A stretch of 64,000 bases of DNA from Trichoplax adhaerens (Eukaryota; Animalia; Placozoa): contig NW_002060943.1 of assembly GCF_000150275.1 (NCBI RefSeq), positions 10,262,209-10,326,208 of the forward strand, in the 5' to 3' direction. The translations under genes and the position numbers were made by a program. The notes under the pieces were generated by a model. The model was not told the DNA's origin. It made no database searches and saw nothing but the letters and a program-made list of their open reading frames with translations. The number at the start of each line of letters is the position of its first letter. Within the stretch, counting starts at the first letter, position 1. Shown here piece by piece: positions 23,731-37,985 of the stretch.

Positions 23731-24723
23731 CTATACCTTTTGAAGATCGCACCTTCTAATTTCTTTTCGACGAAAGCAAAATCGTCTAGTCATGGCAGTT
23801 CGAATATCGACAGTAAGTAATCCGTAAATGAAAGGACAAATTGATAAATTTGTAAAAATGAGATAAACTGAGATTAATGAGGCTGCATTTAAAAATTTTC
23901 CTAATGCATCTGAAATCTTGTTATCATTACTGATTAAAACTAGAGACAAAGTATGGAAAATTACCCATGAAATTATGTATATAGTCATTGTAATACCGTG
24001 AATTAAACTTGTGCATATGTGATTATTTTCACGATTTTTTACACTAAAATTCAATGACAATGCCGTATTTTTCAAGCGTCGACGCTGCTTATATGCTGTA
24101 GCAAAGATTGATGTGTAAAGGAAGATAATAATAATGCAGCTTAATGCAAAATTAATAGCGACAACAAAAATAGAATAAATCCTTTCATGTTGAATATATC
24201 TAACAATCAGAGCTACCTGATTGCAGACTGTACTATCCGAAGTTTCAGTAATATTACGCCATGCGACACTAGGTAAGAAACCGATGATAAACGGTTGTAA
24301 CCAAATATAACAAAACATAGTAATAGTTACTTTCTTGGTCAAAATGTAATGATAAGTTAATGGATACATGACGATTGTGAAGCGGCAAATTCCAATCGCT
24401 AAAACGTGCAATACACTAGATGAGCTCAGAAAAATAGAAATGCTGTATGATAAATTACAAAAAATAGTACCAAATGGCCAAAATGTTGAAATACCACTCA
24501 CAACTAATGGTAGCATTTGTAGTAGTGCCAATAGTAAACTTGAAAATGCAAAACTGGCTAAAAATGAATTGTCAATCGTTCGTAATTTGCGTTGCGATAT
24601 AATAGTAATAAATAGGCTTGCATTAGCAAGTAGGCAAACAACAAGTAAAATACCTAAGGAAATAATCTTAGGTAAGACTTCTCCATTTAATTCGAACATC
24701 CTTTCATTGCTGTCAGTGGCCAT
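23731..24723 (-). CDS. Intronless rhodopsin-class (class A) GPCR, orphan, amine-receptor-like
   Basis: About 330 aa with seven hydrophobic segments. TM1 LANASL, ICL1 KLRTIDN, ECL1 WPFGTIFC, TM3 end ICRFTIVMYPLTY, TM4 W..P, TM7 CPFIY. First ATG at 24723. Confidence 0.9.
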   Translation of the reverse strand: MATDSNERMFELNGEVLPKIISLGILLVVCLLANASLFITIISQRKLRTIDNSFLASFAFSSLLLALLQMLPLVVSGISTFWPFGTIFCNLSYSISIFLSSSSVLHVLAIGICRFTIVMYPLTYHYILTKKVTITMFCYIWLQPFIIGFLPSVAWRNITETSDSTVCNQVALIVRYIQHERIYSIFVVAINFALSCIIIIFLYTSIFATAYKQRRRLKNTALSLNFSVKNRENNHICTSLIHGITMTIYIISWVIFHTLSLVLISNDNKISDALGKFLNAASLISVYLIFTNLSICPFIYGLLTVDIRTAMTRRFCFRRKEIRRCDLQKV

Positions 24724-27700
24724 GATCAATTCGGTCTTCCCCAGAAGATAATGATAATCAAGTTCTGCTTATATCTTGCTAATATATAGTTAAAATATTA
24801 TTGGAAGAACCAAGTCAAATTGTCGCTTAACTTTATAGTCATGAAGCAAATCAATTAATATGTAATTTTTTTATTATTAATTGATTGATTGAAATATTTC
24901 TATAGGGTATGAGATCCTTTCTTTTGCTTTTAAATCACATAATATCTACGAAATAAGCTTAAGTAATAGATACTATCTTATATATAACAAGAAAGCTGGC
25001 ATAATTTAAAACGAATATTCAAATTTTCTGTACTGTATACTAGTACATCAAAATTAAACAATTATATAAAATTCTCTGTTGCTTCATTCATTTTATACTT
25101 ACAATCAAAGACAGTGCAGTTAATATTACAACAGAACTTCTTTTATCGCATTAAGAATTCAAATAAGCTAATGCTACTGACGAAGCGTAACCTTTCTAAA
25201 AAACAATGAAATGTCAATCAATTTCTAGCTTAAATGCTTTTATTTATTAATACGGTTATAATGTTATCGTTATATTATCCCTGCTATTTTAAATTAATTA
25301 ACACGGAGTAGATATTAATATTATTTAAATGATTAAAATAATAAACTTGAAATTGCTTGCTTTTTATTATTAATATAAGCTAAATCAACTTGATATATTG
25401 GCTTTTGCAATATCAAATAATGTAGTCGTACGGTGGCTACATTATATTGATTCCCTTAAACTAATTGTTGACCTACTACAATGGATAGATTGGATAACAA
25501 TACTACACGTACTTTGTAATATTTATTTATGCTACTTTACTGAAGACAGTAACCAGAGTTGATTCGCAAATATTACTAACTTTTATTATCTAATTTAATA
25601 ATATCTAAATGAAATATATATGGAAGCAATTGTTGTATATTACATTTTCATTCCTCTAATATTTATATAGAATACTACAGGTATTAAATTTATTTTTACC
25701 TAGTGCAACGTATTTATTGTGATTAATTTACAGTTATCAGCAATTTAGGAAAGCACACATAAGAAACGAGTACTGCAAGTTACTTCATAGTAGTTTTCAT
25801 ATATTTCATTAATTATTATAGTAAGGTTTAATGCAAAAGTTAATGTTGTTTATTTCATACTGCAATCCTTTAGATATTTTTATTCGTTTATTTTATACAT
25901 ACAAGTAGCCTTAGATACATAAAATTAAATGTATGCAATTTTCTTTAATAATCTATTATCGCAATTAACAGTTTATTAACTCTTAGTAGTATTGATTCTC
26001 TTAATTAATCATTCGCAGTCATAAGTATACGTATAGGAGAAATTAACTAGTACCTATTATTGCCGTAGGTACAACACGTACTGCTGTATTACAAGTATTA
26101 CCGAACTTCTTATCTCATGCATCTTCATTATTATTATCCTGCTGTAATGCCTAAAAATAATGAGGGTTAAGGTTTTCTTATTATATTACGCTACTAATAA
26201 TGAAAGATAAAACGGAAATTAATGTCACAAAAAGTAATATTTTATATTACAGTTGATAAATGACATGAACTCTACAAAATTCCAAATTACAGAGCAAGTA
26301 TCATGTTATTTAAGGATATCTTATCAATTTATAAAGAGAATAAAGGTTACATCCAAAGTAGCTCGATCACCAATTCATTCTGATTTAGTATTTTAAAGTA
26401 TTGTATTGTTGGAATATTGAATAAGTTTTCTAGTTTAAAGCATAGCTTATAGTTTTATTAACAAATTCTGCAACATTATATTTATCACAAGTAAAATATT
26501 TCTGTTTTTGATTATTTGCTACGCCAATAACATTTAATTAGTTTGTATTGCTTTATATTTACGTTTAAATAACTGTCCTGAAACATATTTATCAATTCAA
26601 AATTAAAATCTTCCATTTGATTAAAATATAATTAAACTACCCAATCAATATAGTAACTAAAACATAGTTTCTCACAGTTATAACAACAGACAGATGCATA
26701 AATCATAATAGAAAGTTTTTTATTCGAATTTAAAATCGAAATTAAAAAAATTTAGTTATAATACTTTCTTTTCATCAAATATGATTCTACGAGACCTTTT
26801 GTAACAAATTTAAGCTTTTCATTACTTATATTTGTTATTTTATGATTGTATAACTTTAAATAGAAATTATCTGCACTTTCAATAGGATTTTCCTATTGCT
26901 TGAATGGGTTAATCGTTAATATTGCTAATATTGCCACTTAACATTAATCAGAAGCTTATCTTGAATCTTAAAGAATCCTATGGATTTTCCTCGAGTAAAT
27001 TACATTTATAGCTAAAATATTGTGATTTTAGTAAGTTACTGTGCAAGACAGAAATGGCTTTTTGATCATTTGTATCGATTCAATGCTTAACTTAATCTAA
27101 TATTTCTCTAGCTTTTTACGTATGCTGATATACACACCAGTAAATTGATATGCGTAAATTAGTCGTACGCGTATGAAAATCTAATGTTCAATTAAGATCA
27201 GTTTTATTTTACTCTCTTACTTAATTAGGGTTATAGAATAATTTTTGAATAATAATAAAAGAAAATTTGTTCAATTATTAATTCATTCGCTCTATAACAG
27301 ATTTTTGTAGACAATAATAAATATATCTGTCGCTGTATAGGTGCATACTCATCGAAAAGTCTTCATCGGCAGATGTCATAGTACAATAAAATATTCAATT
27401 GGTAATGTCAAACAACTTTGGACGGAATTATAATGAGTTCCTTGTCAACTAAGTTCCTTTCATTTAGTTTATTAAAATCGTTTATACTTAGTTTATTTTG
27501 AATAGCCATTGATCATTGTAAGTACCTAGAGAAGAATACAAAAATATTAATCAGTAAAATTATGGTACTATTTTGTGATAGAATTCTCAAAAACTTTTTA
27601 TCTCGCATTTTTTCAGTTAAAACCATATTTAATTAATGTGATGTCATATTTGACAGGCGCTAGAATATCCGTGTAATATAATTAATAAAATTAATTAGTT

Positions 27701-29460
27701 GATTTAATATTTGGTTATCTCTAATGCTAATATAGATTATACATACTTGTGAAAATTTTACCTGCCTTATATGTAGTATTAAATGTAATAATATCTAACG
27801 GTAATTCAGTTTGCATCCATTTAGTTGATATATTCTGTAACGCAGTATTATTCGTACTTAATGATGAAAACGAAAGTATAAACAACTATAAAACACCATA
27901 TAAATAGTTGATGGATTTGGTACTATAAAAGAATTGATGCATATCCAAGCAGATTCAAACAGTTCGTTAATATTACGCAATTCTAGAAAAAATACCTTGC
28001 AAGGATGCGTTCAGTCGGCTTATCAAGTATGCTATTATACCCACTGATAACTATAATCTATTTACTCCTATAAATTTAATTTTCTGCAGACTCCAGCACT
28101 TACGCAAACAATATAAAATCCTTACTTTACAATCCAGATCGATTTATTTCATAATAAATATTAAAACTGATACCTTTTATCAAGATTTTATAGTAGAGTT
28201 TCTATTTAATTAATTTTTCTTTAGAAAACACAAATTTTTCTTCTTGCAATCGTTTTTAAAATCAAAATTAAAAAATTTTTTACTTTGATTCAGTAAATGC
28301 GTAATGTAAATAAATTAATAATTGAAATATTATGATTTAAGTAAATATAAAATTGTAGACCTTGGAAAATATGATAACGTTTATTTGATATCAGTACCTT
28401 AAATTTCACTTACAATAAGTAGTTCATGCCCATTTTTATACTTCGAAAAGAAATTTAAAATCTGCTATTGATTAATTAGAATCGACATAATATCAGTGAT
28501 GCGAGTGTAGATGATAGTTGATAATAATAATGTAGTGTTTGAAATGTCATAGACAGATATATAGACCAATAAATAAGAACAAGAGCCAATAATCGTATTA
28601 TTAATGTAGATATGACAGGAGTGATAAAAATTTAGTTAAGATTAGCGCTATATTACATCTATCGGATTAATACAAAACTTATTTTAACATGATTTCATCA
28701 TGTTGTTATATGTCGTATTTGATGCTACACGTTTAATACAGTTTTAATTACAAAAATTAACGATATTGTGTATGTCTTGATACATATACTGTATATGTGT
28801 TATATAAGTATAAGGTCTAAAGGATTAAAGCTGTATTAATATCATTTCTAAAAATACAGCGTAAACAGAAGCTATCTAAATAATAATGCAATTTTTTATT
28901 TACTATACGATATCATTATAACTTAATATCATAAGAATATATCATAGTAACATACAGTACATAGTAAGATTAATTTCTATTCAGAATTGGAGTAGCAATT
29001 TTTTTATATGATAAAGACCCTAAAAATAGAAATTGTAGACTTTTGCAAGATTATATTCTATGTAATACATATTAGGCTTAACCTCTTCAAATATAAATAT
29101 ATAAGTGGAGATGTGCAGAAAGCCAACAAGGTAAATTCTTGTACTATTGTGGTATATGATAATCCTAAATAAATTATTAAAAAAATATACATAAATACTA
29201 TAAAAGGATCAATACTTAAAAAAATAATTATTTTCAATAGCATTATATAACAGTTTAATCTTTTGCTATCCAATCCAAAAGAATTGAATAAATCGTCACA
29301 TTTAATTACGATTTTAAATCATCTCCTGTACGAATTCAGTAAAATACTAACCAGTCAACAAATTGCATAATTTATATATTGAATTTTGTTTGGTCACTAA
29401 TTCGATTTAATCATGAATGTGGATGATAGGGTAATTCATTCTCGATTATTTACGTACATG

Positions 29461-29751
29461 TGTCACAACCCTCACTTGTGGCAAAGGAAAGTAAAGAACT
29501 CTAGTGTAGTTACTTAAAACTTGGGCTATTTCTCCCAGTACTTTCAGTTTCTATGAGAGAAGTATTTGAGAACTCGATTTCTCGGCTGATCTCCACAGAC
29601 AACTGACTAATTATTACACTATTCTTCACGATATGAGTCTTGCCGTTTCTTGAGCAATTACTTACTTTATTCTACAAACACATGCGCTTAAATAGGTTTC
29701 TACAGTGAATCCCAATATTAACGAGTGAGAATTCATGCTTTACAAGTTACA
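29461..29751 (-). mobile_element. Possible solo LTR
   Basis: TG...CA ends with an imperfect terminal inverted repeat (TGTCAC/GTTACA). On the minus strand a TATA-like CTATTTAAG precedes AATAAA (29666-29671). No target-site duplication was found. Confidence 0.3.
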
Positions 29752-30018
29752 TTAATTAGTATAATACCATTACTAAATATACATGTCGATATTCTCAGAC
29801 TTAGATAGCTACAAGCTATCAGGTGTTAAGACGCTTAACCTTCGTCCATATACAGCTCAATTTTTAGAGATTAACACACCTTATAAACCTACAGTAAATT
29901 AACTGCTAACAACTTCTATTTTTATCTCATTTCTACCATCCTATTATCAGCTACAAGCGCATTAAAACATAGCACATAACCGGTAATACTATCTGTTAAA
30001 TGAGCACATTATCGTAAA

Positions 30019-30050
30019 CCGTCAGCAAAGCGACGGGAGTTTGCACTAGT
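30019..30050 (+). mobile_element. Helitron-like 3' terminus
   Basis: GC-rich hairpin CCGTC-A-GC-AAA-GC-GACGG (30019-30036), then CTAG|T at 30046-30050. A second copy lies at 10492-10519. Confidence 0.6.
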
Positions 30051-30745
30051 CTCACCCACCCTCCCTTGAAACGAGCAGCGCGGGGGTATTTATACTACTG
30101 TTAAATGACTCTGATTATGGGTTCATTTCAATAGGTCAGTATAAGATTCTTACAGTACTTTTAACCTAAAGATTTCTTCATGTAAAACGAATAGCTCTAA
30201 GGTAGTAATTTCTGCAGAGTACTGATTATTAAAATAGTATTCGTTATATCGCTAAGGGTGGCCACTGGGCCTTTAAATTTTGATTTCATGTAATATTCTG
30301 ATGAAAATTGAATAAACATAGAATCTTTATAGAGTTTTCTATACAGCCATTTTCATTGTTACATTTTCTTATAACGGTTGTTATCGACAGAGCAAGCTTT
30401 GCTTGCATACGACAGCGATCCTTAGACACATTATAATGATTGGTATAGAATTGACCACAGTACGAAGGACATTGTACCGCACTGTAGATATCTTACAGTA
30501 CCTGCTAATCTTAACTTGGTATGTCCATCACCATACATTAGTTATCATAATGTGCTCTGGACCATTAACTAATCTTAATATAGCATAGTATATTACTGTT
30601 ACTAGGATATATATAATATCGAATGATAATACTATCTGTTAATTTTATTAACAAATTGACCATAAACGTATATTTGACAGTTTCGCTCACCAACCTTAAC
30701 ATAGCATTAATACCGTATATAGTAACCATCCTTATTCAGTAAACA

Positions 30746-31105
30746 TACTAATACGAAAGTTACTTAACGAAATTTGAATTGGTATAGAAATGAATGATCT
30801 GTAGGGTTTATGTGAATATTATTGAGAAGGTAGAAGTGATTGATACACATCAGTAGGTACTATTAGTTCTATTGCTCTCTTACAATTCGTAGTGTTATCC
30901 TACTGTAGTTCCCCTGTCCCGATTACTAATATGAAAGTTACTTAACGAAATTTGAATTGGTATAGAAATGAATGATCTCTAGGATTTATGTAAATATTAT
31001 TGAGAAGGTAGAAGTGATTGATACACATCAGTAGGTACTATTAGTTCTATTGCTCTCTTGCAATTCGTAGTGTTATCCTACTGTAGTTCCCCTGTCCCAA
31101 TTACT
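30746..31105. repeat. Tandem duplication, about 178-bp unit x2, next to the assembly gap
   Basis: 30746-30923 is nearly identical to 30924-31101. 31121-31142 repeats about 30715-30736 immediately before the N run. Confidence 0.85.
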
Positions 31106-31142
31106 TTTGATTTCTATACTGTATATAGTAAACATCCTTATT

Positions 31143-31192
31143 NNNNNNNNNNNNNNNNNNNNNNNNNNNNNNNNNNNNNNNNNNNNNNNNNN
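31143..31192. other. Assembly gap (50 N)
   Basis: Run of n. Confidence 1.
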
Positions 31193-33676
31193 TCAAAACT
31201 GATTTTCTATTGCATTTAGAAAAGCTTACGTAGTTATAGAGCTTAGCTGCACGCATTGATAGAGAAACTATGGTGATTTTTACTTATGAATATGTAAAAG
31301 TGCAGAATAATCACAGCCAGTTACAATATATAATAGTTTAAGTTGTTGTGTCGTTACGATATCAATTTATATACGAGTAAGATACATACATTCAATCATA
31401 TCAAACAAGAATTAAGAAGTAAAAGTATTTAGTTTTATTATATAATTAATGATTTATTTACTTTCCTATGGTACTACACTATTGAAACAATAATGCTAAA
31501 TTTTAACATGGTTAAGATATCGCAAAATTAGTACTCAAATTAGCAGAATATTTAAAGCAACTTAGTGACTGTAATCTATACATAGAAATATACAAACCAA
31601 ATCAGGCACAATTGTACCTAAATAACCAAGAGCAAAGTGAATATTTTTCTTTGCTAAAATATAACTCGATTGTTGCTACAGTAGTATTCCAAATAAATTT
31701 AGAAATACATAAATTTTATTTAGGTGCAAGATTTATTAGCAAGTAATACTGGCTGAATGTTGATATTATTAAATATTAATAGTTATCTGCTATATTCCTT
31801 GATATAGATTTTACTGTAATATGAGCTAGCGAATTGTTTTATAGTTAACACAGGCAGTAATAATGAGGTATCACCTCCGTTAAATAATAGGATTTGATTA
31901 ATTATTTAAATTAAAGACAATTTAATTTCTTTATTGAACTCTTTTTGAGATAAATTATAGTAATTTGTGTAACAATTTGACTATCATTACAGATAAGACG
32001 GAACTGATTGAGATTTTATAATATATTTTTAGTTATTTCCAGGAATAGCTATAACATAGAATATATATAGTAATAATTCACTTATTGTACGCTTTATTAC
32101 TATTTTTATGACGAAGACTTAGAGATAAAACAAAACAGAACATGAAGTTCAATGGAAAGAAATTTTAATAATTGAAATCAATTAGTGCTTGAGTTGAAAG
32201 CATACGATATTATTGATGTTACTGTATCATGAAGAATCTTGACATTTGATACTATTTTAAGCAATTATTGATTTAGATTTAATTTACCGGGATGGAATCA
32301 AACAATATGTAATACATAAATGTCACCGTATTCTTTGACATAGTAGATTTTTTGTCTCTTAATCTTAAGATATAAAATATTAGCAGTGGTAATCACCTGC
32401 TGTCTTTTTGTTATGCTCTTTAACTATTGCTTGATAACCTACAGAAAGTAAGCAACATCACATAGTTATATTTATAGTTGTTATTCTGAATAAACTGTCT
32501 TAAGGCGATTTCTATCAAGTGGTATAATATTATTCTCATATTCTAGTATGAGTATTCAAAAATTTATTACTATTAGACTTTTTGAAGACATAGTGACTGA
32601 GCAGATGGTAAAGGTATCAAATAATAAACAAGAAAATTCGCTTTAACTATAATAAATTTGTGTGAGGATTTACTGTATTGCTCTGCTAATAATTCTACAA
32701 TGAGTTAAATTAAGGCAGTGAATATCTATAAATGATGCTGATCGATATTTACAGATGTAGGAAAGAAAAAGACAGATTGTAGCTAATTGTATTTACCATA
32801 TGAAAAGGGTCGACAAAAAAGATACTCTCACGACAGATCAGTATTTAGTATCTAGTAAATCATCCATTAGGCACTTTATTATACTTAAATTTTTCTATTC
32901 TAAGAAACCCTTTATTAGGTGCCAATGATATTTTTCTGGAATTATTAATATTATGTTGCACTTATAATAATAAATTTTTGTAATTTCGTCGCTCATATAA
33001 TAGTATTGCAATCAAAAATACTAAAACATTTTCCGTTTCAAAACTAACGTAAAAAGTGTTCAACTATTAAAACTTATTCAAACGAGATATGGTCTGATAT
33101 CGAATGTGATATCGTACTACAAAAAGTTTTGAACATATTTGCTTTCCTAAACAATGTGATGTCAATCTATTATCTTAAATAAAGTTGTGAGTTAGCTAGT
33201 AATTTTAAAACTACTTCGATAACTACTGTAGTGCAAAACCTATTTGTTAAGATACTATACAGTGCATATGTATCAGTGAAATTAATATCGTATCACTTTA
33301 CGTTTAATATGCAGATCAAAAGTTAGCGTTAGTAGCTCCTTACCGAGATGCACTAAGGTAACAGGTTTACTAAGAGAGAACTTGAGTCATTACAAAGAAA
33401 GAATTTATTCATATCAATTGTGTGCTCTTTTTTAGGATAGACTGTTCTTAGTATACTAAGTATAATAAAATTAAATTGAATTAAAATAATTTGCAACTGA
33501 TATCTATATTCATTTTAACTGGTGCGCCTGAAAAAAAGCTGGCATTATCATCTATGGCTGATACTAGGATGAATGTGCTGGTAATAATTCATTTCGTCGA
33601 TTTTCGGATGCTAAATTTGAATTTTTCAATTATTTTTGATGGTATTGTTGAAATTGTTTCATATTCAAACACTGTT

Positions 33677-36600
33677 CTACCAAAAGTTAATGATAGTCAA
33701 AGTTCCTGGGGGCTCTGGTGATGCTGTAACAATGCGTGTATCATTACACCACATTAGATGAAGAAGTGAAGGATTTTGATATAAAGCCTGAACTAATTTT
33801 CCCGTCTAAAAATTAAAGTAAATTTAAAAATTATACGAGTGTATAGGGCTGCAATTACGAGGCATCAATTAAAGCAATTGGAGTCCTATCATGTGTTAAT
33901 GAGATTGATATTCAATTTTTACTTGAGCATTCCAAATAATTATCTTCTTACGATCTCCACCACTTATGAGTCTCATATCGTCAAGGTGCAAGCATCTAAC
34001 AACTCCAATATGTCCTTTTAATATGTGTAAGCATTTGCCTATGATATTAGTTGATAGTATAAGAAACATTTTGTATAGTGAAGCAAAAAGTTTTTGTCGA
34101 CTCCGTTAAATTACAAGAAAAAATTTACTACTTGGATTAAAAACTATAATTACTTAATATTTTTCGATGATATTAACTAGCTACTTGGAGCTAAAAGATA
34201 TAGAAACGGAACATCGTAACATAGTAATAGTTAATATTTAATCACAAATGTTTTGCTAATTAAAGACCGGAATGATTCCAAATTCTGACGGTGCTATCTG
34301 CCGATCCTGTAGCAATTATATTATCATTATATTGCAAACAATACTGGAGAAGAATGAAAGATACCAAATTAGTAGAGTTAAATTCTGGAAAAGTATAACT
34401 TCTAACCGATAGAGATTTTTTATTAGTTGTAATAAATATATTTACAACATACTACTTCCTGTGTATGACCAGTGAGTATTGCGATTGGAGATTCATTTTT
34501 TACATGCCAGATTTTGATTAGACCGTCATCATTGCCAGCATAGCATTTAGATTCGTCAAGTTTTAGACAGTAAGCAACTATAAAAATAAATCATTTCGCG
34601 TATATTATTACTTAAGTTTGACTGATATCATATCTGTGAAAAAGTAAACTTTTTAATGTAGACTTGTGTTCTATTTAGCCGGAAATTTAATTACAAATGA
34701 ATACATTATTGTTTAATCATGTATTTTCTTTAGATAATGCGATATTAGTGATAAAGAATGAATTTATTACTACATTTTTATATAATAATATTCATAAGAT
34801 GTTTAAAGGTGGTCTAATAGCTCTACCGGCATCGTTTTTCCAAATTTTCTTATAATTCCCAGAATTAATGTCCCACAATCGGATAGTATCGTCCCAAGCG
34901 CTAGTAACGACGTACTCTTTATACATTTCTATGGCCTGATTCATATAGTACATGACAGCAAACGGAACAGCATGAATTTTTATGAAGACTATTTACCATT
35001 TCCATAATCCATATCAATAGGTATTTAATAAATCATACCTGTATTTCATCTGTATGGCCTCGCATCACATGCAGACAACGTCCAGTAGAGAAATCCCATA
35101 ATCTGATAGTTCTAGATTTAATAAATATCAAAAATAAATGCTACAAATAAAGGTTGTAAATCTATACTATGGCTATCAAAAATTTATTTCCACAAAATTC
35201 GTTCATCTGTTCTCAAAAATAGTTTTATTTTTTAAGATTGTTCAAATATGAATGACTCCCTACTTATCTGCAGATGCCGTAGCTATGATCTTTCCATCAA
35301 AACAGACACCATCAATGCCACTCTGATGGCCAGTCAAAGATCTTTGGTAAAATTTTAGCATATAAGAATATAATGTCACTAGGTAAGGCATTTATTAGTC
35401 TACAGACTTGCAACTGCTGTAAATGCACCTAAAGTCCTGATAAGGTATATTGTATGCAGTAACGTAACAATATGGGAACTTCAGATAAATCTGGGAATAA
35501 TAATCTACATTATATGAAAAGTGGTTTTGTGTACACTAGTCTTACCTTAAACATCTTCCTGTATTAGCATCGAAAATTCGTACGATACCATCGAAACATC
35601 CGGTAACTAGCACAGAGTTCTGCAAAATAAAATTATAATACTTGTTGTGTAATGCTAAATAACATTAAATTAAATGAATATATTTATTACAATTAGTAGG
35701 ATACCTTTAAAGTCAAGCAACGAACTGAATCAGTATGATTATCTAATACATGTTTGCATGCGCCAGTATAAAGATCCCATATACGAGCTGCATTGTCCTC
35801 AGATCCTGATACGATCCATTTGCCTAAATTATAATTATTTAGAATATTGGTCAAAGGTTTTATTTTATTATTAATGTATGGCAATTTTTTTTATACTATA
35901 GTAGTAAGAATTTGTAATTAGTTTTAACGTGATTACAATGCATAGCTTTAGTTTAATTTAATTATTGAAAATTTATCTTTTTAATCTCAATCGATAATTA
36001 CCATCACATGATAGACTTATTACTCTTTGCTTGTGGCCACGTAACGTATGGATACTCGTATAACGACCCGTATTCCAATTTCGATTAAGTAAATAAGCTC
36101 TAATATATATTTCCTTCCATCTACATGTCTTTAAGGTTGATTTTAGAGAATTTAACAAAATTTGATGCTGCGCTGGCGTTGTGTTGATAGTTGTTTCGTT
36201 ATTAATATTTAATAAAGATTGATCATCACCGTATTTGATCCAATTTTTATCTGTACATAATTTTTTCCTGTATAGCAATACGAGTATATACGCGTATACA
36301 ACATATCAGTACTATAAAAAAATTTCCAGCTTTTTTGTTAGTAAATAGTACATGGTAGCTTGGTGTAATAGTATTAAACAACCCAATTGTAGGTCATTAT
36401 TGGCTACTATTTAGTAAAAAATTCAATTATATCATTTTTATTATTAGACAGTGAAAGATTAAAAGTGTATTTACCAAATTGCATTGTTATTGGCCTTCTC
36501 TCGCCACAGCCGATTGCACATGGCTATGTTACATAAATCTTTGGCTTCCAGAAGGAAAAATATCTTATCAACCAATTCGCTAGGTAAGTATGCCACAAAA

Positions 36601-37867
36601 TTTACGGCTAGTAAAGGCTTGAGCTCTGAGTATAGAATTCTTAATTGCAAAGGCTGAAGAAGAAATTGTGATATTAAATTGCATATAAGGATGTCAATAA
36701 AACTGAATCAGGTTACATTTTAAATGCAGCTTGGTTAATTTTGGCAAACAACATTATATAATATTTCATACCTCAATGCTGACTTAGTATAATTCAGAAT
36801 ACTACGCGATCTTAGCACATTTAATAAATATCATTGTATAAAGTAAATTGTACATTTTATAATGATGATCGGTAAGTAACCTGGTAAAACATTATCTGTT
36901 ATTTGGCAAAATAGATATTATAGAAAAACCATTTATTGCCCATAATGGATTACGTAGTTTCATGCTCAGTTACTCTTGTATTGTGGAATCGTTATTATTG
37001 TATTTCTATCGAATGTAGATGTTGTCACGGTACATAGTACCGGCTTTATTATAGTAGTTAAATGAGTATACAAAATCATGTACTGTATAAAGTAATAACT
37101 CTAACAATGGATTCTCACATGAATTGTTAGTTATTAATTGATATTTACTGAGAATTTATGAAACTTGAAATCGTAGTAATAGGTATAATAAATCCTTATT
37201 AAAGACGTCTCATAGTTTTTCATAAAAAGTAATTAAATTAGGCTGGATTCTGAAGTACTGTTTTTATCAAAAACTTGTAAAATCTTTGTAGTCGGAGGTG
37301 CAAATTGATGCATAACTATATAAGAAAACTCTCTAATATTAATAAAATTAAACTTTTCTTAAGCTCGGAACTAAATCGCTGCGACGGTTGTTGAATGTTG
37401 AGGAACTAGTAACAGATGTACATGGACCGTGACATGTACATACAGCATCACCGATAAGTTTTATTACATGCTGTATCATGGATTTTTATTAAACATTAAC
37501 CATTTTACCTAATACGTATTTATCCTTCACTTAATTAAACTTCATTAAATCCTCAACTATTTCATTCTGACTAATCTAATGAAAAAACAGAAGTACGCGT
37601 ATCATTTGGAGCATTATTATCCTAACAGCGTAGAGTTATTACTATACTAGTATCGATCTGGTGATGGCAATCACGAGTGAATGATTTTGTATTACTTACT
37701 TATTGCTTTTGCTGTAGTTTACAATACAGAGCATATCATTTGTAGCTTAGGCTACTGCATACCTCACATTGCAGCAGGAGCTCTAATAAAATATTATTTT
37801 GTTGTTGTTTTGTACAGTCGCAAAACAAGCGGATAATCTCGTCTCTTTTGGCACTGAAGGTAGCCAT
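33677..37867 (-). CDS. F-box/WD40-repeat protein (FBXW7/beta-TrCP/Met30-like architecture); multi-exon
   Basis: MATFSAKRDEIIRLF..LLLQCE|PLQLRILYSELKPLLAVNFVAYLPSELVDKIFFLLEAKDLCNIAMCNRLWREKANNNAIW (dimerisation domain plus F-box), followed by WD repeats (LRGHKQRV, VSGSEDNAARIWD, TGCFDGIVRIFD, SAWDDTIRLWD, TGSADSTVRIWN). Stop TAG at 33677-33679. Confidence 0.88.
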
Positions 37868-37985
37868 TCCTGACTATTAACAATGACCAAGTACATTAAA
37901 TTTTAAATTTTAAATTATAAATTATAATTAATATACGAGTAGGTGTGTTTTTTTATTATTTAATGGATTTTTTATAAAAGCTATC

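Noticed and set aside
24368-24751. 127-aa + strand ORF, and isolated ORFs such as 3528-3800, 21854-22186, 29058-29273, 62218-62528
   Set aside because: Antisense shadows or low-complexity ORFs with no recognisable homology or splice support.
30746-31142. 178-bp tandem duplication as a biological repeat system
   Set aside because: It abuts an assembly gap and may be a haplotype or assembly artefact. No functional signal.
35621-35704. GTATCCTA donor in the F-box gene (and GTATCTTT at 18182 in PHAF1) as U12 introns
   Set aside because: AG|GTA exon context and no CCTTAAC branch point, so consistent with U2.
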